A stretch of DNA of 64,000 nucleotides from Spirochaetia bacterium (GCA_965203905.1 CBDBDQ010000005.1:512001-576000); one strand, 5' to 3'. Shown: positions 38,461-48,310, counted from the first letter of the stretch. Translations and numbers: made by a program. The notes: generated by a model from the sequence alone, not told the origin.

Positions 38461-39660
38461 ATGGCGGTAGAGAAGTTCACGATCTCACGGGACGATAGCG
38501 TATATGAGGCCTTCCCCGACTTGTGCCTCACCGATAGTGGCCGCGTGCTGCTGGTATATCGCGAGAGCAACGGACACGTCGCCAGCGAATTCTGCCGCCT
38601 CGTCGTCCGCTCCAGCGACGACGCGGGACGCACCTGGTCCGAGCGTCGAGTGGTCCGTGAAGAGGACCGGTCATCTGGCGTGCTTACAGCGTGGAACTGT
38701 CCGAAGATCCAACAGCTTCAGGATGGTCGCGTGGTGCTGACGTGCGACAAGGTCGACTTTCCACCCGGAGAGTGGGGCCATGGCATGGGCAGTCCACACA
38801 ACGCGCTCTGGTTCAGTGAGGATGAAGGCCGCACTTGGTCGGAGCCGGTGCACACGCCGGTGGGGGGAATCACCCCCGATAAGATCACCGAGCTGCCCGA
38901 CGGCCGCTGGCTGCTGCCAACGAGCGTGCGCCACGAGGAAACGGGACAGGTGTTGCAGCAGATAACCAGCAGCCCGGACGGTGGGCAATCGTGGGGTGCC
39001 CCGGTGGTCATCTGCGAAGACCGGCGCTACGAGATGTGCGAAGCCAGTGTCGTGACATGTCCGGGTGGAGAGTTGGTGGTCTACCTGCGCGAGAACAGCG
39101 GCCAGCGCAGGCCCTTGCAAAAGATGATCTCCACAGACGGCGGAGCAACTTGGGAGGGACCCTATGCCACGCTCAATCCGGCCGCCCAGGGCATGCCGGT
39201 GGCTGGGCTGACGCGGGACGATCTGGTGCTCGTTACGGGCCGCTTCACGCTCGACTGCGACTGGCGCGTCGACGACAGCGAGGAGACGATGCAGCGGCGG
39301 CTCGCCAGGCGGTCCGTTGTCATTCCTCAGGTGCCCGCCAACGAGGACTTTGTGGCGGGGCTCAAAGAGGACGCGGGGGTGGTAAAGACAGGCACCGAAG
39401 TGATCAGCGCGATGGGCCGCACCTCCATCCATACCTTCGCCTTCATCGAGCCCCTGGCAAGCGCGCTCGAGCCCGACGTCGACTCCCAGAAAGGTTTGCT
39501 GCTGCCGCTGGACCTGGACAACAACAACCTCGGGGCGGACAGCGGCTACACGGGATGGGTTGAGTACGAGCCGGGCCGTTTTCTGGTCGCGGCGTACATC
39601 AATGCCGATGCGCCATTGGCGCAGATTCGCGGGTACCACTTCGGTCTGGAAGATTTCTGA
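38461..39660 (+). CDS. Asp-box (BNR) beta-propeller protein, sialidase-like
   Basis: YEAFPD N-terminus; Asp-boxes SDDAGRTW, SEDEGRTW, SPDGGQSW, STDGGATW; DSGY. Paralog of 28838-29929. Confidence 0.8.
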   Translation: MAVEKFTISRDDSVYEAFPDLCLTDSGRVLLVYRESNGHVASEFCRLVVRSSDDAGRTWSERRVVREEDRSSGVLTAWNCPKIQQLQDGRVVLTCDKVDFPPGEWGHGMGSPHNALWFSEDEGRTWSEPVHTPVGGITPDKITELPDGRWLLPTSVRHEETGQVLQQITSSPDGGQSWGAPVVICEDRRYEMCEASVVTCPGGELVVYLRENSGQRRPLQKMISTDGGATWEGPYATLNPAAQGMPVAGLTRDDLVLVTGRFTLDCDWRVDDSEETMQRRLARRSVVIPQVPANEDFVAGLKEDAGVVKTGTEVISAMGRTSIHTFAFIEPLASALEPDVDSQKGLLLPLDLDNNNLGADSGYTGWVEYEPGRFLVAAYINADAPLAQIRGYHFGLEDF

Positions 39661-39720
39661 GTACGGACTTTCGGGTGGTTCATGCCGGTGAACTAGTGCA
39701 GGGGGCATGTCTTGAGCGAT

Positions 39721-41598
39721 ATGAGGAAAACTACGTGTCCGGGACGGCTTTACGAAGCAACGGTGCCCGATACCCTCGAGCTGGTAGATCGAGCAGAGAT
39801 TGGCCTAAACGGTATAGGTGGAACGATAGACCCAGATTTGCACCACGAGCTCTTTTTCCACGTGTACTATGCATGGAAAAAGCCTTTCATGCGACACTAC
39901 GCCATGTGGGGCACGGATGATGCCAAAAGCGCAGAATCCTTTCCTTTAATGCGGGTGATGTGCGGGAGTGATCGCTATGCTGATGTCGAAGCAACACAAA
40001 ATGCCACGCTGATCTCGCGCATCCAAGACGGCCTCTACTGGGACCTCTACGATCCGCAGCAACCCTGGCAGTTTCGCTATAATCTCAACTCGGAATTCGA
40101 TGGCGCCATCCGCAACGAGGACGTATCCCAGCCGCACGGTAACGCGCGGATGCTCAGAACCATGCTCACGTGGCGTGAGTTCGACAATGATACGCAGTGG
40201 GATAGGTACATCGGGGACCTCGTACGAGGCATGAGAAGAATAGCAATCGATCATGAAGACTACTGTTACTACCCTGACGGCGGTTTCGGCCAGGCTTTCA
40301 ACTACCCTCGCTCCGGATGGCTTAGAACCGACGAACCAGAAACTGAAACCGAAGGCGGAGAGGGAACAGTCGTTGGCTTTCATGGAGCAGCAATAGAGGG
40401 GCTTTCTCGCTGGTATTCGGTAAGCGGCGACCTCCGAGCCCGGGACCTTGCAGGGCGCTTGGCCCGGTTCTGTATGTTGCCCAAGTTTTGGGGAGGGATT
40501 CCCGATCCAAACCGGCTCATCGCCGGCCAGAAGCACGTGCCAGAGAGGCTTCCCGATCCTGTCGGTATAGCCGGACATGAGCTGGGCCACTGGTATTCGT
40601 TCTTTCACAGCCGTGCTATCGCGCTACGGGGACTGCTTGCCTATGCCAGCGTTGCCGGTGATGAGCGTGCGCTCGAGTTTGTCCGGAGGGCGTATGAATA
40701 CACCTGGAGCTTCTCTATCGCCCGCATCGGTTGGATCAACAACTTTCCTGGTGCATGGAATCTCTGCGAGGGATGTTCCCTGGGCGATATCGTCGCCCTG
40801 GGAATACGGCTGACTGATTCAGGCGCAGGGGACTACTGGGACGACGTGGATGCAGTTGTTCGCAATCATTTGACTGAACAACAGATTATCAGTGCTGATC
40901 TGCTGGAAACAGTTTCGAGTGCATCCAGTGTGCGCCCTCCTGAAGACTACAGCCCCTACCCGAAACAGGAATGCGAAGAACACGTCATCGAGCGGAGTCT
41001 CGGTTGCTACGGATGCCATTCGACCCCCGTGAGCATCCCGAAACCGTGGGTATCCCAATGTTGTACGGCAAACGGTACGCAAGGTCTCTACTATTGCTGG
41101 GAAGGTGCGGTTCGGGAGGAAAATGGCACGGCGACGGTAAATTTGTTGTTGAACCGCACAGCGAAATACCTGGATGTCGATAGCTATCTTCCGTACCAGG
41201 GAAAGGTCACGATTCACAACAAGAGTGCCGCTAGAGCTTACGTGCGGATCCCTGCGTGGGTGATGCGCAGGAATATTCTGTGCGACGTCTCAGGAAGGCG
41301 CCGAGGTCCCACCTGGATGACAAACTACCTTCGATTCGATGATCTCAAGCCGGGTGACGAGATTCATATCGAGTTTCCGATCAAGGAGACCACCGCACGT
41401 TACACTGCTTGCTCGGGGACCAACACGGAAGAGGCCTACACCTGCACATTCCGCGGCAGTACGCTGGTAGACATTTCTCCACGCGACGACTCACCTGTGA
41501 GCTATCCTCTGTACCTTCGGGAGCACATGCGCAAGGATACCACCCCGATGAGGAAAAGGATGAGGTTCCTACCGGAAAAGACCATTGTCACATGGTAA
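39721..41598 (+). CDS. GH127/GH146-like (alpha/alpha)6 protein with putative Zn-Cys site
   Basis: CEGC...YWDDVDAVVRN, QCCTANG, LPYQGKV.I...VRIPAW resemble the beta-L-arabinofuranosidase family C-terminal half. Start 39712 or 39721. Confidence 0.55.
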   Translation: MRKTTCPGRLYEATVPDTLELVDRAEIGLNGIGGTIDPDLHHELFFHVYYAWKKPFMRHYAMWGTDDAKSAESFPLMRVMCGSDRYADVEATQNATLISRIQDGLYWDLYDPQQPWQFRYNLNSEFDGAIRNEDVSQPHGNARMLRTMLTWREFDNDTQWDRYIGDLVRGMRRIAIDHEDYCYYPDGGFGQAFNYPRSGWLRTDEPETETEGGEGTVVGFHGAAIEGLSRWYSVSGDLRARDLAGRLARFCMLPKFWGGIPDPNRLIAGQKHVPERLPDPVGIAGHELGHWYSFFHSRAIALRGLLAYASVAGDERALEFVRRAYEYTWSFSIARIGWINNFPGAWNLCEGCSLGDIVALGIRLTDSGAGDYWDDVDAVVRNHLTEQQIISADLLETVSSASSVRPPEDYSPYPKQECEEHVIERSLGCYGCHSTPVSIPKPWVSQCCTANGTQGLYYCWEGAVREENGTATVNLLLNRTAKYLDVDSYLPYQGKVTIHNKSAARAYVRIPAWVMRRNILCDVSGRRRGPTWMTNYLRFDDLKPGDEIHIEFPIKETTARYTACSGTNTEEAYTCTFRGSTLVDISPRDDSPVSYPLYLREHMRKDTTPMRKRMRFLPEKTIVTW

Positions 41599-41612
41599 GC
41601 GCTAAAGGATAA

Positions 41613-43529
41613 GTGGTGGACGACGTGGCAACTGAATGGAAACCTGGCGATCCGATCGACTACATTCAGCCAGAGATCCCCGAGTTCGAGATGCCGCCCT
41701 ACGCAGGCCAGCGCTACCAGACCATGGTGCCGGACACGCTCGATCTGGCCGAGCGGGCGCGCCTGGCTATCCACGCCATGACCGAAAACCCCAACCCACA
41801 GGCTGACTATGAGTCCTACTGGGCCATCAAATGGACGCCTGTTCCCACGATGACATCGGATTTTCATAGCTCTACAATGACTCCCAAGTTTCAAGAGTCC
41901 GTGGTGTTGGATCGGATCATGAGCGGCAGCGAGCAGAATCTCCACGTGGACCGGCGCTGGATGGAGATCACCCTCCACATGCAAGGCCCGGATGGTCTCA
42001 TATACACCCCGACCGGGGGGCGGCCCTGGGCCTTCCGACTCGATCCGGCGCACTTGGCCGGCACGCCAAACGCCGGCGCCGGTCAGACCGTGGTTCCCTT
42101 TATCAACGGCCAGTTCCTGCGCACGATGTCGCTGTACGCCGCACGAGACGGAAGCTCGTTTTGGAACGACCCGCTCCGCCGGGCCGTAGATGGGCTGGTG
42201 GCATTAGCCATCGATGCGGGGGATTACGCCTACTACTGGCCGGGCCCCTTGTATGCCGAAAAGGCGCCGCCGCCCGATGTGAAGCCCCAGTATCAGTTCC
42301 ACATGACTGAGATAAGTCTGGTATTCTGGGGTCTGTTGTCCGCGTACCGGCAGATCAGCTATGAGCCGGCCCTGTCTTTGGCGCGCAAGCTCATTGCGTT
42401 TCACCGACCCACCTTCTTCACGCCGGAGGGCGCTTATCTGACCACCCAGAAGGGCGCATGGAAATCCCACGTCCACGGCCATGCCCGGGCTGTGCAGGCG
42501 ATGGCGGAGTACGCTCTGCTGACGGATGACCAGGAGCTGCTCGCGTTCGTTGTGAAAAGCTATGAATGGGCCAGATCCCGGTCAGAGGCGTTGACCGGCT
42601 ACATCCCCAACCTCATACCCAGCCCCGAATGGCAGCAGCCCGTGATCGAGGGTGACCTGGACGAAGGCACGGATGCGTCGTTCGTGGAGGATTCCTACAA
42701 CGGCTGTGAGATCATGGGGTTAGTCGACCTGATCGCCATCGCCTTGCAGTTGAGCGAAGCCGGTGTTGCGGACTATTGGGATGACGTCGACCGCTGGACG
42801 CGCAATATGTTGGCAGAATCTCAGCTGCTCCAGACTGACTGGGTCTACCACCTGCCAGGTTCGGCACGTGTGTCCCTGCAACTCGAACCGGGGCAGACGA
42901 CGGAGCGGGTGGCCGAACGTAATCTCGGCGCATGGGCGACGAATGCGACGCCGAATGATTGGTACGAGGGCCTTATCGGTTCGAGCGAGCATCTGCATGG
43001 TGACGGGTTCGTGCATGGCGACACGGCGGCCGGCGGGCGCGGCCTCTACTGGATCTGGCAGCGCATCCTCACCTACAACCAAGGCAAACTGAACGTGAAC
43101 CTGCTCTTCAACCGGGCTTCACCATGGGCGGATGTGGACAGCTATATCCCCTATCAGGGGCGTGTGGACGTCAAAGTGAAGCAGCCAGCGGACCTGGCGG
43201 TGCGCATTCCGGAGTGGGTAGCGCCACGAGAGGCTCGAGTGCAGGTGAACGGCAGCGAGCGCAGCCTGGGCTGGGCTGGCCGATATGCCCAGGTGGGCGG
43301 GGTGCAGCCCGAAGACAGGGTTACGCTCACCTTCCCGATTGCCGAGCGGACTGACGAGGTGTTCATACAGAAAAGAAAGTACACTCTGGTGCGCCGGGGT
43401 AACGACGTCGTTGCAATCTATCCACGCGGAAGATATTACCCGTTTTACCAACGTGACCATTATCGCAGTGGAGACCCCCGCTGGCGCAAGGTGATGCGTT
43501 TCTTGGCGGACCGACCGATCGATTGGTGA
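41613..43529 (+). CDS. GH127/GH146-like paralog lacking the Cys motifs
   Basis: Shares VPDTL.L..RA, DYWDDVD..RN, VNLL.NR, DVDSY.PYQG.V, VRIP.WV with the upstream gene; has CEIM and HGDT in place of CEGC and QCCT. Confidence 0.55.
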   Translation: MVDDVATEWKPGDPIDYIQPEIPEFEMPPYAGQRYQTMVPDTLDLAERARLAIHAMTENPNPQADYESYWAIKWTPVPTMTSDFHSSTMTPKFQESVVLDRIMSGSEQNLHVDRRWMEITLHMQGPDGLIYTPTGGRPWAFRLDPAHLAGTPNAGAGQTVVPFINGQFLRTMSLYAARDGSSFWNDPLRRAVDGLVALAIDAGDYAYYWPGPLYAEKAPPPDVKPQYQFHMTEISLVFWGLLSAYRQISYEPALSLARKLIAFHRPTFFTPEGAYLTTQKGAWKSHVHGHARAVQAMAEYALLTDDQELLAFVVKSYEWARSRSEALTGYIPNLIPSPEWQQPVIEGDLDEGTDASFVEDSYNGCEIMGLVDLIAIALQLSEAGVADYWDDVDRWTRNMLAESQLLQTDWVYHLPGSARVSLQLEPGQTTERVAERNLGAWATNATPNDWYEGLIGSSEHLHGDGFVHGDTAAGGRGLYWIWQRILTYNQGKLNVNLLFNRASPWADVDSYIPYQGRVDVKVKQPADLAVRIPEWVAPREARVQVNGSERSLGWAGRYAQVGGVQPEDRVTLTFPIAERTDEVFIQKRKYTLVRRGNDVVAIYPRGRYYPFYQRDHYRSGDPRWRKVMRFLADRPIDW

Positions 43530-43677
43530 ATCGCAGACGAACCCGGCAAACGAATTGATTTTCGGAGTACATGAAACGGCGACTCGGCGTTATCGGCTGT
43601 TGGCAGCCGGCAACATACGAAACGAATCTCAGCAGGCGTTTGCCGCGGAGCAGTTTCGGTCGATCCCAGCATCCGTG

Positions 43678-44811
43678 TCATAGACGGCGATCATCGCGTC
43701 CGCTTTGGCGGCCATCTTCACCCTCGAGGATCCAGCCGACATCGAACCGCGCGCAGGTGACGTACTTCGTGTCGTACTCACGCCCGATCGCTTGGTCCTC
43801 GTAGAGGCAGCAGACAAGGTGTTCCTGATTCTGCGTGAGGTCGGAGTAACCTGATTGTCCGGGCTCGATGACCCGCGATGCCGTCCAGGTGGCGCAGTCG
43901 TCGGTACTACGCTTGACGGTCAGGCGCTTGCGGTCGTGGGCGACCTGATCCGGAGAGGTGAGCTCGTGCTCGAGGACGTCGCAGTTGACGAAGAGGACGC
44001 TCCCATCGTCCACACGCAGAATGCTGGCCATGCAGACGGGCTCGAGAAGGTCGTCATCCGTTTCAGGTTCGGACCACCGGGTAACCCCGTCCGGACTGAT
44101 CGAAACGTAGCGACGGTGCCGAAGCGACTCGGTGCGGATGTTGAAGAGTACCCCCCCGTCTGAAAGCTCCAGCGCAAGCGCCTCGCTCGGGTTGACGACA
44201 TCGCCCTGCCCGTGGCGGCAGAGAATATCGGCGCGCTGCCAGGTCGCCCCGTGGTCATCGCTGTAGACGCCGGCAACGACGGATGGACGATGGCCGAGAT
44301 TGCCGGGACCGAACTCCGTACTGCTGCCGTCCGACATCCAGAGCGGGACGATGTAGCGTCCGGTCTGCAACTGAATACCGTGGCCGGGGCCCGTCCCGAT
44401 GACGCGCCACGGGTAGTCCTCTCGGAAAGGCTCGAAGGTCGACGTGATATCGACAGGTTCTGACCACGTAGCACCGTCATCTTCGCTGCGCGTGGAAAAG
44501 ACACGGGCGTAATTGTGACAGAAGAGCGCATGCACGGCCCCGTCGGATCTGTCAATGATCATCACGAAGTTGCTGATCGGCCCTGGACCAAAGTCCTCGT
44601 ACCTCGCGATGGCGTCCATCGGTCGCCAGGTTCCGCCCCCATCGTCACTGCGACGTACGACGACATCGTTGCTGTCCCAGTCGCCGCCCTTGCCCCGACG
44701 CGCTTCGGCCGTTGCGATCAGGACCCCCGACTTCGTGCAGAGGATGGCGGGAATGCGATACGTGCGATAGCCCTGGGTTTGGGCCTCGAACAGATGGGTC
44801 TTGTCGAACAT
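43678..44811 (-). CDS. Exo-alpha-sialidase (GH33), no signal peptide
   Basis: YRIP motif, AEARR, Asp-boxes SDDGGGTW/SEDDGATW/SDDHGATW, GPGHGIQ, R..LT, GYSDL, LYE. Confidence 0.85.
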   Translation of the reverse strand: MFDKTHLFEAQTQGYRTYRIPAILCTKSGVLIATAEARRGKGGDWDSNDVVVRRSDDGGGTWRPMDAIARYEDFGPGPISNFVMIIDRSDGAVHALFCHNYARVFSTRSEDDGATWSEPVDITSTFEPFREDYPWRVIGTGPGHGIQLQTGRYIVPLWMSDGSSTEFGPGNLGHRPSVVAGVYSDDHGATWQRADILCRHGQGDVVNPSEALALELSDGGVLFNIRTESLRHRRYVSISPDGVTRWSEPETDDDLLEPVCMASILRVDDGSVLFVNCDVLEHELTSPDQVAHDRKRLTVKRSTDDCATWTASRVIEPGQSGYSDLTQNQEHLVCCLYEDQAIGREYDTKYVTCARFDVGWILEGEDGRQSGRDDRRL

Positions 44812-44814
44812 TGG

Positions 44815-45762
44815 CTATCCCCGTACGACGCCGTACGCCGACAGCCCGTAGAGATAACGCACCGCCGGCGACATTCGGGCCGCCAGCTCCTCGGTGATGC
44901 AGGCCCGGTACTCCGAGAACGGCTTGATCCAGCCGCATTGATAGAAGGAGATGACTGCGCGCCGCGGGCCACTGGTGGAGTTGGGCCCGGCGCGGTGCCA
45001 CGTGCTGGCCAGCCAGATCGCCGCTGAACCGGCAGGCGCCGTCAACGCCACCTCGTCGTCCCGCTCGCCCTTCGCCCACGTTGGCTTCCTGCGGGTCAGG
45101 TGACTGCCTGGCACGATCCGTGTCGCCCCGTTCTCGTGCGTGAAGTCGTCGATCATCCAGGCCACCTGGATACCCAGAGGGAAGTCCGGCAGCGGCTCGC
45201 GCATCTGCGTCAGGGGATTGTCCAGATGCCAGGAGCCGCCCTTGGTGCCCGCGCCAATGCTGGTGGCGGAGATGTCGCCGATGACACAGTCGCCACCAAG
45301 CAGGAGACCAGCCAGTCCGTGGACCACCGGGTGCGCTGCGAGCCGATCGGCAAGCTCGGTCTTGACCGGGAGGTTGCGCACGTATTGCGAGCGATCGTCG
45401 TCGAACAGGTTCGGGATGTGGATGAACGTCTTGTTGAGCTTGCGCAGCTCGACCGGCCATGGCGTGTCGAAGTTCTGCGCGCGGGTATGGCGGATGCGCC
45501 GCATCATGCGGTCCAGCTCGCTGTCACTCACCGCGTATGATTCGGCAAGGTAGGCGCGGATCTCCGCATCCTCGGGACGGGCGGGGCCGTCACCCGGATC
45601 GTACGGGGTCTCCCGTTCTCGCGCGAACAGATCCGCGAGCACCGAGCGCAGCTCCGCCAGCAGGTCGGGTTCCAGCAGCCCCTCCAGCACCACGAAGCCC
45701 TGCTGGCTCAACTGCGCGCCGAGCGCGGCCAGGTCGCGTGACGCCATCAGCTCCCTCGTCAC
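44815..45762 (-). CDS. PhyH-family Fe(II)/2OG dioxygenase
   Basis: QGFVVLEGLL, WHLD, DDFTHENGATRIVPGSH, AGS...WHRAGPN...PRR. Confidence 0.88.
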   Translation of the reverse strand: MTRELMASRDLAALGAQLSQQGFVVLEGLLEPDLLAELRSVLADLFARERETPYDPGDGPARPEDAEIRAYLAESYAVSDSELDRMMRRIRHTRAQNFDTPWPVELRKLNKTFIHIPNLFDDDRSQYVRNLPVKTELADRLAAHPVVHGLAGLLLGGDCVIGDISATSIGAGTKGGSWHLDNPLTQMREPLPDFPLGIQVAWMIDDFTHENGATRIVPGSHLTRRKPTWAKGERDDEVALTAPAGSAAIWLASTWHRAGPNSTSGPRRAVISFYQCGWIKPFSEYRACITEELAARMSPAVRYLYGLSAYGVVRG

Positions 45763-46478
45763 GTCGGCTGGTAGGCGGACGGCTCGAGCACCACGATGGT
45801 CGGTCGGCCGAGCCCTCCTTCCGGCAGGGGAAACGTCACCGTGTGGTGCCGCGGGAAGATGAGCGGATGCCGGGAGCGGCGCCCCAGGAACACGTCGAGC
45901 GTGGTCATCCCCGCGGTGAGGGGCGCCAGGTTGTAGTGCATGGGCACGATCCAGGTCGGGTCGAGGATGTCGATCATGGGGTCCAGCTCGTCCAGCCGCA
46001 AGGTGAGGTTCTCGCCGACCAGGGCCAGCAGCACGTCGCAGCGGCCGGCGAAGGGCGCGAGCTCATCGGCGCCAATGCCGTAGCCCAGGTCGCCCATGTG
46101 CAGGAACCACAGGCCGCCCGCCCTGAACGCGTACAGAGCGTTGTCGTCCGGTCCCTCCGGATGGTGGGGGGCCTCGGCCGCCTGCACGGCATACAGCGGC
46201 TCATCATTGACACGCTCCTCGCGGCCCTGAGCGACGTCCAGCGCGTTGATCACCCGCGGCTCGCCGGCGACCGCCTGGTGGTAGGCGTGCGCCTGGTCCG
46301 TGAGCGAGCTTACGATGACGGTGTCCGCCTCCAGGCGGAAGTCCAGCACCGCCGGATCCGCGATGCCGCACGCCGCGGCAACCACCGCAGGATCGTAGGG
46401 ATCCATGGCGATGGCCGAGCCGTCCTCCTGGCGCAGCAGGAAGCACGCCAATCCCACCCACTGCAGTTGAACCGCCAT
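45759..46478 (-). CDS. MBL-fold (Lactamase_B_3-like) protein with atypical metal motif, copy 1
   Basis: W.G.ACF, MDPY, ADTVIVS, HMGDLG, DVLL, P.WIVPMHY; HxHxDH replaced by SLTDQAH. Confidence 0.75.
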   Translation of the reverse strand: MAVQLQWVGLACFLLRQEDGSAIAMDPYDPAVVAAACGIADPAVLDFRLEADTVIVSSLTDQAHAYHQAVAGEPRVINALDVAQGREERVNDEPLYAVQAAEAPHHPEGPDDNALYAFRAGGLWFLHMGDLGYGIGADELAPFAGRCDVLLALVGENLTLRLDELDPMIDILDPTWIVPMHYNLAPLTAGMTTLDVFLGRRSRHPLIFPRHHTVTFPLPEGGLGRPTIVVLEPSAYQPT

Positions 46479-46482
46479 CCGC

Positions 46483-47496
46483 TCAGTCTCCCGACCGCGT
46501 CTCGCCCAGCCCGCCGGCTCGTTCCATGCCGGCGATCTCCCACCACTTGGCCCCCGGCGGTTTCTCCAGGACGAGGGGCTTCAGGAACGCCACTGACTTG
46601 TCCAGGCCCTCCTCGACCTCGAAGTACTCGCTCTCCATCTCCAGCGAGATGACGTGGTCATAGCCGGTAAGGCGCAGCGTCGTGACGAACTCGCGCCAGG
46701 TCGCCTCGTCGTGGCCCCAGCCGGCCAGCGTGTAGGTCCAGGAGCGCTCGGCAGACTGCTCGGTGGAGGTGCTGTCCATCATGCCGCGCACCCGGGCGTT
46801 GTGCCGATTGATCAGGATGTCCTTGGCGTGGACGTGCTGGACCAGCGGGCCCAGGTAGTACAGCGCGTCGACCGGATCGATGCCCTGGTACCAGAGGTGG
46901 GAGATGTCGAAGTTGCAGGCGACGACCGGGCCGATCTCCTCGTGCAGCCGCTTCAGCGTCACCGGGTTGTGGATCATGTCGCCGCCGTGCATCTCGAAGC
47001 ACAGCGTCACGCCGTGATCTGCGGCGATCTTGCCATGCTCCCGCCAGTACGGAAGCAGGCGCTGCTCCCACTGCCAGTCCAGCGTGTCGCGCAGGAACGG
47101 CCACTCGGCGAACGTCACCCAGTTGGGGGCGGTGTCGCCCTCGGCCCCTTCGGGCAGACCGGCCAGCAAGGTGATGCGCTTGATGCCGGCGCGCTCCATC
47201 AGCTCGCAGGTCTGGCGAAACTCGCGCGAATAGGTCGCGGCGGTCTGTTTGTCCGGCAGGAGCGGTGCGCCGTGCCCCCCGAGCGCGCTGATCTCGAGGT
47301 CGTAGCGTGCGAAGGTGTCCAACCAGCGCTGGATCTCGCCTGGGTCGGCGAGCAGCCGCTCGGTAGCGCAGTAGCCCCGCCCCCAGAGCCCGCAGGCTCC
47401 GACCTCCACCGCCTGGAATCCCTTGTCCCGTGCGTAGCGCAGCCCATCCTCGAAATCGAACTGCTCGAGGTTCTGAGAGATCACGCCGAGCTTCAT
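46483..47496 (-). CDS. Sugar phosphate isomerase/epimerase (AP_endonuc_2 TIM barrel)
   Basis: ISALGGHG.PL, FEMHG, NFDISHLWYQGIDP, HVHAKD, GYDHVISLEME. RBS AGGGGAG. Confidence 0.88.
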   Translation of the reverse strand: MKLGVISQNLEQFDFEDGLRYARDKGFQAVEVGACGLWGRGYCATERLLADPGEIQRWLDTFARYDLEISALGGHGAPLLPDKQTAATYSREFRQTCELMERAGIKRITLLAGLPEGAEGDTAPNWVTFAEWPFLRDTLDWQWEQRLLPYWREHGKIAADHGVTLCFEMHGGDMIHNPVTLKRLHEEIGPVVACNFDISHLWYQGIDPVDALYYLGPLVQHVHAKDILINRHNARVRGMMDSTSTEQSAERSWTYTLAGWGHDEATWREFVTTLRLTGYDHVISLEMESEYFEVEEGLDKSVAFLKPLVLEKPPGAKWWEIAGMERAGGLGETRSGD

Positions 47497-47512
47497 TTCA
47501 TCTCCCCTGCGC

Positions 47513-48310
47513 TCACTGCCCGAGCGCGTCGCGAACATCGGCGAGAGCCGTGGTCAGCACCTGGCGTTTGAGCACCAGATCCACACCCACGAAGAACACC
47601 CGCACGCCGAGGTCGCGGTAGTGACTGGCCTGATCGGTGCTGAAGGCGCCCGCGGTCGGAATCTTGCCCGCCGCGGCCGCCGCGCTGATCACGCCCTCGA
47701 TCTTGGCAGCCTGCCGGTCCTGGGCTTCGGTGCCGTACAGCCCGAGGCCGACCGCCCAGTCCATCGGCCCCACCGTCACCAGGTCGATACCCTCGACTTC
47801 CAGAATCGCGTCCAGCGCTGCGTAGCCCTCGTCGCTCTCGATCATCACCATCAGGTGGGTCCGGGCATTGGCTTCGCGCAGCCGCTGCCGTGGATCGGTG
47901 CCCATCGTGAACTCGGTGCCGGCGCTGGCGCTGGAGACCCCGCGCTGCCCCAGAGGGGGGTATTTGCCCATCTGCACGAACCGGGCCGCCTCGCTGGCGT
48001 TGCTCACGTCCGGCAGCGTCAGGACCTGAATGCCGCCATCGAGCAGGCGCTGCACGTGGGTGCGCGACAGCTCCGGCATCCGCACCAGAGGCACCATACC
48101 CAGATGGGTGATCGTGCGGCCAAGCCGCAGCACCTCCGCCGTGGACTGCGCACCATGTTCCATGTCGAGCCAGACGACGTGATAGCCGGCCTGGGCCATC
48201 AGCTCGATATCGGTGAGCGTGGCGTCGCGGCAGATCACCCCGAACAGCGACTCGTGCTCCTGCAGGAGATCACCGAGTCGGTCGTGTAGCGGCTGCGTGT
48301 CCTTGTCCAT
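47513..48310 (-). CDS. HpcH/HpaI aldolase family protein
   Basis: WLDMEHG, PLVR, LLDGG, KYPPLGQRG, VMIES, EGID...GP.D. Confidence 0.88.
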   Translation of the reverse strand: MDKDTQPLHDRLGDLLQEHESLFGVICRDATLTDIELMAQAGYHVVWLDMEHGAQSTAEVLRLGRTITHLGMVPLVRMPELSRTHVQRLLDGGIQVLTLPDVSNASEAARFVQMGKYPPLGQRGVSSASAGTEFTMGTDPRQRLREANARTHLMVMIESDEGYAALDAILEVEGIDLVTVGPMDWAVGLGLYGTEAQDRQAAKIEGVISAAAAAGKIPTAGAFSTDQASHYRDLGVRVFFVGVDLVLKRQVLTTALADVRDALGQ

